Shown: positions 1 to 9,875 of the stretch, one piece after another
Layout: each line of letters starts with the position of its first letter
Numbering within the stretch: the stretch's first letter is position 1
Source: Mobula hypostoma
Lineage: Eukaryota
Direction: 5' to 3'
NCBI RefSeq assembly: GCF_963921235.1
Contig: NC_086097.1
Coordinates: 199,146,001-199,210,000 of the forward strand
DNA: 64,000 bases
Program-made: the position numbers and the translations under genes
Notes under the pieces: generated by a model
The model's database searches: none
What the model was told of the DNA's origin: nothing
The model's input: the letters and a program-made list of their open reading frames with translations, nothing else

Positions 1-816
1 ATTAGAGAATAAGTAACAACAATGGTAGAGAACAACATGAATGATATTAAAGTAAATAATTATTTCATAATCAGAAATCATGGTGTTGGGTGCCATCAGT
101 ATAGCTGATAAAAATCCAAAGGGAACTTAAATAAAAAATTTACAGCCTCATCTGTCATAATGGGGGGCATTGGGAACGGACCCAAATGCAAGACACAGAC
201 ACTGAAGTACTAGGAACAGGAACGAACAAAACTAAATGACGGGACAGGACGCAGACTAAGAGTAGAGACAGGAACACAGACTAGGCTAGGGAAGCAGGGC
301 CAGGACGAGGGACTGGGAACAAGGAGCCTGGGTGTGGACTCCAAGCCAGAGACTGGACAAGGACCCAGAACCTGGGTCTTGACTTGGGCTCGAACCCCCT
401 TGCCTCGCTTCACCTGAAGCCCTTCCTCACCTCGTCTTCGCCTGTTCTCCAGGAACACAAGCCTCACCACGTCTTCAAAGTTGCTGGTGAACGCAGCAGG
501 CCAGGCAGGGATGTAGAATTAAAATGTGTGGCCACTGGGAGATCCTGCTTTCTCTGGTGGACAGAGCATAGCTGTTCAGCAAAACAATCTCCTCTACTGT
601 ACACATTTTAATTCCACATCCCATTCCCATTCTGATATGTCTATTCACGGCCTCCTCTACTGTAAAGATGAAGCCACACTCAGGTTGGAGGAACAACACC
701 TTATATTCTGTCTGGGTAGCCTCCAACCTGATGGCATGAACATTGACTTCTCTAACTTCCGCTAATGCCCCACCTCCCCCTCGTACCCCATCCGTTATTT
801 ATTTATATACACACAT

Positions 817-820
<4 letters not shown>

Positions 821-858
<38 letters not shown>
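821..858. repeat. (TC)19 microsatellite
   Basis: Perfect dinucleotide run inside the Penelope 3' region. Confidence 0.95.
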
Positions 859-860
<2 letters not shown>

Positions 861-1086
861 TTTTCTCCCTCTGTCCCTCTGACTATACCCCTTGCCCATT
901 CTCTAGGTTCCCCCCCTCCCCCTTTTCCTTCTCCCTGGGCCTCCTGTCCCATGATCCTCTCATATCCCTTTTGCCAATCACCTGTCCAGCTCTTGGCTCC
1001 ATCCCTCCCCCTCCTGTCTTCTCCTATCATTTTGGATCTCCCCCTCCCCCTCCCACTTTCAAATCTCTTACTAACTCTTCCTTCAG

Positions 1087-1125
1087 TTAGTCCTGACGAA
1101 GGGTCTCGGCCCGAAACGTCAACTG
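1087..1125 (+). ncRNA. Minimal type I hammerhead ribozyme motif (Penelope-associated)
   Basis: CTGACGA (1093-1099), stem II GGG-tctcgg-CCC, GAAAC (1113-1117), GTC triplet (1118-1120). Stem I tagtc/aactg has one mismatch next to the core. Confidence 0.75.
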
Positions 1126-2696
1126 TACCTCTTCCTAGAGATGCTGCCTGGCCTGCTGCATTCACCAACAACTTTGATGCGTGTTGCTTGAATTTCCAGC
1201 ATCTGCAGAACTCCTTGTGTTTGCCACGTCTTCGCCTAGTTTTGGGGTCCAAGCCCGAGTCAAGACTCAGGTTCTGGGTCCTTGTCCAATCTCTGGGTCG
1301 GAGTCCATGCCCAGGCTCCTTGTTTCCAGTCCCTCATCCTGGTCCTGCTTCCCTAGCCTAGTCTGCATCCTGTCTCGTTATTTAGTTTTGTTCGTTCCTG
1401 TTCCTAGTACTTCAGTGTCTGTGTCTTGCATTTGGGGCCATTCCCACGCCCCCCATTATGACAGAACGACCCAGCCGCAGGGTAACGGCAATCGGACTGG
1501 CTTACCCGAAAGAGGCAAGGGACAGGAAGGGAGCTAGGACCGGGGTGGCTCCAAGACTTGAGGTGGCCGGTAACCTCGGCGGGCTACGGAACAGCCAAAT
1601 ACATATCTCGATGACTGCACTAGCCTTCCACCAGAAGCTTGCTTCCAGGGAATCTTGACAAGACAAACCAGCAGCCCACACTCGACCCCAAGGCTAATTA
1701 TATTTCAAGCCGCAAGATGGGAATCAGGTGCCTATGATTAACGCAACCGAAACAAGAGACAGCTGGAAGACCCGGAGTCCTGAGTCCACAGACCGGACCG
1801 TGAATCAGAATGCGGACTTCACGGACCGGACCATGACATCATCTCTCATGTCTGAGAAGAAAACGACATGCGAGGAGATCTCAGAAACAGCATGGACATA
1901 ACCACGTGATCAATTTTAGAAGTGCCTGCCACAGGGAAAGTCTTAGAAACATAGAAAACATGCAGCACATTACAGGCCCTTTGGCCCACAAAACTGTGCC
2001 GAACATGTCCCTACCTTAGAAATACCTAGGCCTTATCCATAGCCCTCTATTTTTCTAAGCTCCATGTACACATCCAGGAGTCTCTTAAAAGACCCTATCG
2101 TTTCTGCCTCCACCACTGCCGCCCCATTCCACGCACTCACCACTCTCTGCATAAAAAAACTTACCCCTGACATCTCCTCAGTACCTACTTCCAAGCACCT
2201 TAAAACTGTGCCCTTTCGTGCTAGCCGTTACAGCCCTGGGGAAAAGCCTCTGACTATCCACACGATCAATGCCTCTCATTATCTTGTACACCTCGATCAA
2301 GTCACAACTCATCTCATCCTCTGTCACACCAAGGAGAAAAGGCCAAGTTCACTCAACCTATTCTCATAAGGCATGCTCCCCAATCCAGGCAACATCCTTG
2401 TAAATCTCCTCTGCACCCTTTCTATGGTTTCCACGTCCTTCCTATAGTGAGGTGACCAGAACTGAGCACATTACTCCAAGTGGGGTCTGACCAGGGTCCT
2501 ATATAGCTGCATCATTACCTCTCGGCTCTTAAACTCACTCCCATGATTGATGAAGGCCAATGCACCGTATGCCTTCTTAACCACAGAGTCAACCTGAGTA
2601 GCAGCTTTGAGTGGCCTATGGACTCAGACCCCAAGATCCCTCTGATCCTTCACACTGCCAAGAGTCTTACCATTAATGCTATAATCTGCCATCATG

Positions 2697-3950
2697 ACAT
2701 ATATTCTGGAGTACAGTATAAGCCAATCCCCCACTTCTGAGGTTAAAAAAGTGACTTTTTCATGTTACCTTTGTATAAGCTGACCCCTTTTGTAGAGGTT
2801 TTTGATTTAACCAGAAAAGATCACAAGATCTCACATGCTGGTACTCAGCTTTCCCAGATCCGGTTCCTGGAAATTTTGTGAACCAGTACCTGCTAAGAAA
2901 ACAAGCCTACACATTGCAGAGCAAATTCATAATAAATAAATCAGGGCAGGATATTGCGGATTAGGTTCCCATTGGTAAAGACTCCTCTGGAATGTAACCC
3001 TCGTGAAACCATTTAGTGCCTATTGTAATCTCGTTAAAACATAACACGGGGTGGCGGGATCAGTACGTGTACTCAGTATTGGGTTTGCGACCACCATGTA
3101 CAAAAGATTAAAAGGAATGTGATATGATAGTGGCTTCAAGCTGAAGGTTGTTGATTTTGCTAAAGAAACGAATAATTCTGCAGCTGCTAAGAAGTTTTGT
3201 GTAAACGAGACACAAATGAGAGAGTGGAGAAAGGCAGAGGACACGCTGAGGGAAATGCCAAAAACAAAATGTGCAAACCGTGGGAAAACATGTCAATGGC
3301 CAGAACTGGAAGAAAAGGTTTTAGAGTGGGTGAATCATTAGCGATCGTCTGGATACATTGTTACCAGAGAAATGAGTCGAGTTCAAGCGTTGAAATGGGA
3401 CGAAAAACACTGTGAGGTCAGCAGAAATTTCAAAGCTACACGAAGTTGGTGCACCCAATTTATGAATAGACGTGATCTTGTGTCGAGACAAAAAACAAAG
3501 ATTGCTCAGAAAATTCTTGCGGAGTGTTGTTGTTTATGTCCAAAAGCACTGCTGGATGGACGAAGAGGGTTGCTTGAAGTGGGTTAAAGAGGTGTGGCGT
3601 CGATGTCCCGAAGGTTTCAGGAAGGAAAAGTCGCTACTAGTCTGGGACATATTCAAAGCGCACTTGTCAGGTGAGACAAAAGCAGCATTGAAAGCTGAAA
3701 ATACGGACATTGCAGTCATCCCCGGTGATTTGATATCCGTGCTCCCGCCACCAGATGTGAGTTTAAACAAACCATTCAAAGAATTCATGCTTCAACAGTG
3801 GAATGAATTTCACTCAAAAACAGCCAATAAATACGACCTGTCTTCCGTGTATTCGTTTTTCCAAAGTTGGCACCCTCTGTATAAGCCGACCCCCTATTTT
3901 AGGACCAAAATTTAGGGGCAAATTCTCGGCTTATACTCCGGAATTTACGG
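2697..3950 (+). mobile_element. pogo/Tigger-type DNA transposon, internally deleted
   Basis: Right TIR GGCTTATACTCCGGAATTTACGG followed by TA. Eroded left TIR ATATTCTGGAGTA..TAAGCC. Transposase remnants inside. Confidence 0.85.
3096..3810 (+). pseudogene. pogo (POGK-like) transposase remnant
   Basis: YDSGFKLKVVDFAKETNNSAAAKKFCVNE (N-terminal HTH), WPELEEKVLEWV (CENP-B-like HTH), LLVWDIFKAH...VIPGDLISVLPPPDVSLNKPFK (DDE_1). Stops, frameshifts and a central deletion. Confidence 0.85.
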
Positions 3951-5779
3951 TATTTGACCTACCAAAATGAACATCCTCACACTTATCTGGGTTCAACTCC
4001 ATCTGCCACTTCTCAGCCCAGTTTTGCTTCCTATCAATATCTCGTAACCTCTGACAGCCCTCCGCACTATCCACAACACCCCCAACCTTTGTGTCATCAG
4101 CAAATTTAATAACCCATCCCTCCACTTCCTCATCATTTATAAAAATCACAAAAAGTAGGGATCCCAGAACAGAGCCCTGAGGCACACCACTGGCCACCGG
4201 CCTTCATGCAGAATATGACTCATCTACAACCACTCTTTGCCTTCTGTGGGCAAGCCAGTTCTGCATCCACAAAGCAATGTCCCTTTGGATCCCATGCCTC
4301 CTTACTTTCTCAATAAGCCTTGTATGGGGTACCATATCAAATGCCTTGCTGAAATCCATTTACACTACATCCAGGGCTCTACCTTCATCAGTGTGCTTAG
4401 TCACATCCTCAAAAAATTGAATCAGGCTTGTAAGGCACAACCTGCCCTTGACAAAGCCATGCTGACTATTCTTAATTATACCCTGCCTCTCAGGATCTTC
4501 TCCATCAACTTACCAACCATTGAAGTAAGACTCACTGGCCTATAATTTCCTGGGCTATCCCTACTCCCTTTCTTGAATAAGCTAACCTCTCTCGCCCTCA
4601 TTGATAATGCAAAGATCATTCCCAGAAGCTCAGCAATCTCCTCCCTCGCTTCCCACAGTATCCTTGGGTACATCCCACCCAGTCCCAGTGACTTTTCAAC
4701 TTGATGCCTTCCAAAAGCTCCAGCACATCCTTTTCCTTAATATCTACATTCTCAAGCTTTTCACTCCACTGCAAGTCATCCCTATAATTGCCAAGATCCT
4801 TTTCAATAGTGAATACTGAAGCAAGGTATTCATTAAGTACCTCCGCTATTTCCTCCAGTTCTATACACACGTTTCCATTGTCACTCTTGATTGGTCCTAT
4901 TCTCTCACATCTTATCCTCTTGCTCTTCACATACTTGTAGAATGCCTTGGGGTTTTCCTTAATCCTGTCCACCAAGGCCTTCTCATGGCCCCTTGTGGCT
5001 CTCCCAATTTCATTCTTAAGCTCCTTCCTGCTAGTCTTATAATCTTCTAGATTCATATCATTACCTAGTTTTTTGAACCTTTCGTAAGGTCTTCTTTTCT
5101 ACTTGACTAGATTTACAGCAGCTTTTGTGCACCATGGATCTTGTACCCTACCATCCTTTTTGATGTCTCATTGGAATGTACCTACTCAGAACTCCGTGCA
5201 AATATCTCCTGAACATTTGCCACATTTCTTTGGTACGTTTCCCTGAGGATATCTGTTTCCAACTTATGCTTCCAAGTTCCTGCCTGATAGCCTCATTGTT
5301 CCCCCTACTCCAATTAAACATTTCCCTAACTTGTCTGTTCCTATCCCTCGCCAATGCTATAGTAAAGGAGATAGAATTGTGATCACTATCTCCAAAATGC
5401 TCTCCTACTGAGAGACCTGACACATGACCAGGTTCATTTCCCAATACCAAATCAAGTACAGCCTCTCCTCTTGTAGGCTTATCTACATATTGTGTTAAGA
5501 AACTTTCCTGAACTCACCTAACAAACTCCACCCCATTGAAACCCCTCACTCTAGAGAGATGCCAATCAATATTTGGGAAATTAAAATCTCCCACCACAAC
5601 AACCCTGTTATTATTACTCTTCCAGAATCTGTCTCTCTATCTGCTCCTCGATGTCCCTATTACTATTGGATTGTCTATAAAAAAACACCCAGTGAAGTTA
5701 TTGACCCCTTCCTACTCCTAACTTCCACTCACAGAGACTCCGTAGACAACCACTCTATGACTTCCTCCTTTTCTTTGCC

Positions 5780-6760
5780 AGAATCATCCTCATTTGCCTC
5801 CTGCCTGTGGCTGAACAGCTTCTTTTACCAATGCATGGTAAAGCCTTTGATTCCTTCAATCGTAGAGATTGAAACACCTTCACAAATTTGTCTCTCTGCA
5901 TAAATTAATCCCCACCTGCACCTGCTTCATGATGGCATGCAACGTGATTTTAATGAACACATCCAGAAAAGATCCAACCTCAGTGCAGACTAGTGTTAAG
6001 GAACTATGTCAATGCCCTAAAACTTCATACAACTTTTCTTGCTTCAGTCCGGCACCTCATCTCTATCGACCTGTAGTGGAAACAAATGAGCACCCATTTA
6101 ACCAATGTCGTCGGTCACTACGATGCAAACAAGAGACACTTTTGGTTGCCCTTGCTAGGCTCCCTTTGCCGTTGAACGTCTCTCCTCTGGCTCAGATGTT
6201 GAGAGGCCAAGTCCCACATCATGGTCAGCTCTTCACTCAAGCACGTTCCAGAATAAGTTTTAACCTTGCCATCAGTCTCAGGCAGAGGTCTGCCAGCCTG
6301 CTTTGCAACATTGTTTTATGATAGTCCACTATGATACCTTAGAGACTGCGAACTTGCATACATATCGTAGGATCCATTTCTCAGTGAAGGGATGGTGAAC
6401 TTCACTTTTGGTTTCAATCCACTAGAATTCCTTTGTCATGTGAGGTAAAAAGTGTTTGCTTGAAGCTGAAGACTTCAAAGCCGGTACAAAGTTCAATGGT
6501 GACTGTACAGCATTAATGCCCTCCGTCTCATGTGCTTCTGAGACTTGGAATGTCAGCAGCCGGCTCCTCAAAGCACTGAAGAGGGACCACCAGTTCTGTC
6601 TCTTCAAAATCCTGAAAATCTATTAGCAAGATAAGTCTCATCTGCCAGGCCAAGATCCTGGCACTGAGGCTCTACTTACACTCAAATGGTTCCACTGGAC
6701 AGACTAATTTATCATGTACTGGATACAAAAATGCTAACACAGCCTCTCTGTTATGAGCAA
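5780..6760 (+). mobile_element. Old RTE-clade LINE fragment
   Basis: ~6530-6635 reads CASETWNVSSRLLKALKRDHQFCLFKILKI, matching the RTE 'Y-x-SETW...H-x-RCLRKIL' C-terminal motif. Heavily decayed; boundaries approximate. Confidence 0.6.
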
Positions 6761-6822
6761 TGGTATGGCAGGAGATTACCAGGCAGACTGTGGAAAAGGT
6801 ACATAGTGTCCTCAAAGCCTCC

Positions 6823-7118
6823 GTGGGCACTGCAGTAGTGTCGCAGTTAGCACAATACTCAGGGTGTTGGAGTTGCAGAGATCATTTCAGATGTCATCTG
6901 AGAGGAGTCTGTACGTCCTCCCTGTGGAATGAGGGGGTTTTCTCGAGGTGATCCGCTTTCCTCCCACATTCCAATGACATTCCAGTTAGTAGGTTAATTG
7001 GTCATTGTAAATTGTCCTGTGATTAGGCTAGGTTTAAATTGGGGATTGCTGGGCAGAGCAGCACAAAGCGCCAGAAGGCCCTGTTCCACACTGTATCTCC
7101 GTAAGTCAATCAATAAAA
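6823..7118 (+). mobile_element. HE1/V-SINE-type SINE
   Basis: Eroded tRNA-like head, V-domain-like core (ggagtctgtacgtcctccctgtg...tttcctcccacattcca) and LINE-derived tail ending caataaaa. Confidence 0.75.
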
Positions 7119-8164
7119 GTGCAGAATCCCAAAAGGGAAACCTCCGTGGGAAGCTAATGACCCATGAAAATGTGGAAGGAGTTCCAAGAATTTTGAGCTA
7201 TAGATTAGAACACCCAGATGACCAGTTTAAATGATAGAAAGAATTGACTCCTCACGTACTGCATCAAGAATCTTTTGCCTCATCAGTGGCTGAGTGAGGA
7301 TGTCATATTAGTTCCATCAGCCATCTTAGAAGCCACTGAAATGGAATGGAATGAATTCATCCATCATCCTGAGGGACTCCCTGAGAAAAAGAACAAGATC
7401 AAATCACCACCAGGAGCAGACGAGCAGAGCCATTGCACTGTCTGCGAGGGCACTTGAACCTGAAGTTGACTCAATATTAGCAAAACATTGATTAGAGTAA
7501 GCAGACCTCTGAATGAGCGTTAGCGTTAGAGAAGACTTCACCTGTTCTTACGTTTCTAGTGAATTAGCACATGGCTACAGCAATTGAGGTTGTGACCGTA
7601 TCACTTGTTTTCGGTATGGTGACAATTTAATTCAGCAACTCTGGAATGTTCCGTTAATTTATCATCCACTATTAATTAATATTAGTTAGATGGTTGTCCG
7701 GAGCCACTAGTCGAGTTTGGAGCTGTAGTCCTTTGGGTGAAGTGAACTTTCAACCGTCCCCTTGCTCTGTTAGTTTATCACTGACAAAGGTAAATATCCT
7801 TCCGCTGAACATATCTACTGTAATTATTGCTGCTGTACATCTGAACCATTATGGTCACTAATGAGTATGTGCTGATATCACTTGGCCTCAACAGCACAGG
7901 CTCAGACAGCATGATATTTCAATTAGTGGCACCATTTATTATGCATTACTATGCAGATGTCTGTACTTACTGTGCCTATTACTATCACAGACTGAATGTG
8001 CATATCTACGCTGAACTAAAAGGTTGATTCTTTTGTGTGTACAGAGTTTCTGTGGCACATGCGAACAAGTATCTCTTGTATTCCCGTGCTTCTGTTTCTG
8101 AAGCAGAAACCCTGTTCCAGAGACTTGAGCACAAGAATTGGGCTAACATCACTGTGCAGTAGGA

Positions 8165-8718
8165 GGCTCATAGCTAGGGGTGGTAGTGGGGATAAGCTCC
8201 CACTACCTATAAGGTGCTCCAAATGGCATGCGACTCTCACAGCCTCTGAAAACCAAGTCCAACTCTTGGCCTTCATGTGTGGCTTAGCTACCAGGCCTGG
8301 TGGAACTGTTTCTACCGTCAAGAGAAGGTGCAAAGGAAGACCACTGGCGTCTCAAACCTGTTGCTTTGGGCAGGTGGGGCTCGTCAGCCTTGGACAGCAG
8401 CCCGCCTAGGGAAAGGAAAACTCTGATTTTAAACCTCCGCTGCCTTGCAGTCATACCCACTCATGGGAAAGGCTTTGGGAGTAAACCCTGAGGAAGAAAT
8501 CTGGAACTGGGGTCCCTAAGGCAGTTTGATGTTGTTTACAACTTCACTCTGGCAACCTTTGAGATGACACTGGTGCCAAGCTGTATCGGCACTTGCCCTT
8601 CCATTAGACTACAACACAGCCGGTTCTTCAAATCTTCCTGCCCAGTCTTGCACCCCGGAGAGGACACAGTCCACCAGCAGCACAAACCCATAATCCCCTG
8701 GGATCGACGGCTGCCTAC
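8165..8718 (+). mobile_element. Non-autonomous element resembling an RTE 5' UTR
   Basis: Homologous over ~430 nt to 54650-55239 (minus). Contains the RTE-like leader motif ggggctcgtcagcc...aggaaaactctga. No coding remnant recognised. Confidence 0.65.
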
Positions 8719-9613
8719 TATGAGTGGAGATCTGTTGGATCTGTTCTCTTTAAGATGAATGTTAAACTGAGGCCCTGTCTGCTGTCTGAAAGAACTTGCA
8801 ACAAAAACTTGAAGAAATCTGTTTCTGTGTTACACTGGCAACTGCAGGTCAAAAGTATTTCATTGCCTGTAAAGAGCTTTGCACTGATGTGAAATTTGAT
8901 AATACTTATTCTTAGGTTTACTGGGTTGATTCTAGTGCTGAGTCTTCAATCTACCACTAGTGACTATTTTCCATAAAGGAGGTATGGAGACCTGTGCTAT
9001 AAATGAACACAAAATGATTCTTGATATATTGCAAACATCAGCCTAGGAACTTCTTGAGAGCAATATGTCATATGTTCAATATTTCAGCGACTATTCCATT
9101 GGTACTAGCGCAACTCAACATGAAAGTCAGTTATCAAACCCTGATTACATGTATGTATCATTCCGGCAAGGCTACATCAAGAGCAATGGAAATGTAAGAG
9201 ATCTTCTAGATCAAGGATTCCTCAGTCCGGGGTCCAAGGACCTCTTGCTTAATGATGTTGGTCCATGGCCAGCCCTGTTCTACTCTTGAGGAATAGTTTA
9301 CAGCTGATCTCTGAAGAATGAATGACAACACCCACTGTTTTATGCCAAACTTCTATTGCAGCAAATGAAATGCAGACACCAGGCTTCTGAAGCCTTTAGA
9401 AGCTTGTAATTTTTATGGTTCCTTAGAACTCAATATCTCCATTTCTTTAGCCACATCATTAAAGATGCTTTGGAGCTGGGATACAGTGAGGCAGGAAACT
9501 AACTGGATTGGATTAGTTATCTATATTATATTGAGCCTCTCTATTTGATGGAAAGTAAAATCAAGCAGTGAGTAAAACTTGATCCGGTAAGGTTAGATTT
9601 GAAATTATCCTCG

Positions 9614-9865
9614 TGTAGTCACGCGCAAACGCGCTACTAAAGAAACACACGGAGGCAGAGAGAGCTGAACTCAGAATGCCTTTACTGATTCAAAATCACA
9701 TGCTTAAATCTCCCCTCCAATGGGCCCCTGCGACCCACAGGGTGGACGTGACGTCAGACTGTACCCGGAAGGTCTGCCCCGAGCGGGTAGTTCCAAACGC
9801 TCTACCACGTGTCTGCCCCGCGGCTCCCGATGGCGGTTTGAGTCCCGCGTGTGCAGGCTGCCACA
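9614..9865 (-). repeat. 3' LTR of the Gypsy element
   Basis: Direct repeat of 13439-13662. TGTAGT...CCACA termini. Adjacent to the polypurine tract. Confidence 0.95.
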
Positions 9866-9875
9866 CCCCCCCCCC

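Larger units (their letters stand above)
477..1223 (+). mobile_element. Penelope-like element, 3' fragment with a short 5' inverted segment
   Basis: 10-bp TSD CCACGTCTTC (467-476, 1224-1233). Encodes a GIY-YIG endonuclease C-terminus (THFNSTSHSHSDMSIHGLLYC...EEQHLIFCLGSLQPDGMNIDF, stop at 765). 477-508 is the reverse complement of ~1144-1175. Confidence 0.85.
153..1838 (-). mobile_element. Solo LTR (Gypsy-type), rearranged, carrying an inverted LTR segment and a nested Penelope insertion
   Basis: Begins TGTCAT (153) and ends ATGACA (1838). Flanked by 5-bp direct repeat TCATC (148-152, 1839-1843). 153-398 is an inverted repeat of ~1243-1463. Confidence 0.7.
1944..5772 (-). mobile_element. CR1 LINE, degenerate ORF2, interrupted by a pogo transposon
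   Basis: Minus-strand fragments SGVPQGSVLG...KFADDTKVGG, PGNYRPVSLTS and GDSDHNSISF. CR1 3' tail at ~1944-2000. Sequence resumes at 3953 after the insertion. Confidence 0.9.

Noticed and set aside
743..1361. 115-198 aa low-complexity ORFs
   Set aside because: They arise from the (TC)n run and pyrimidine-rich Penelope UTR plus LTR sequence.
8281..8330. Twister ribozyme (AAGCCCGG-like motif in the sibling copy)
   Set aside because: The other twister elements could not be placed. The HDV-like topology fits better.
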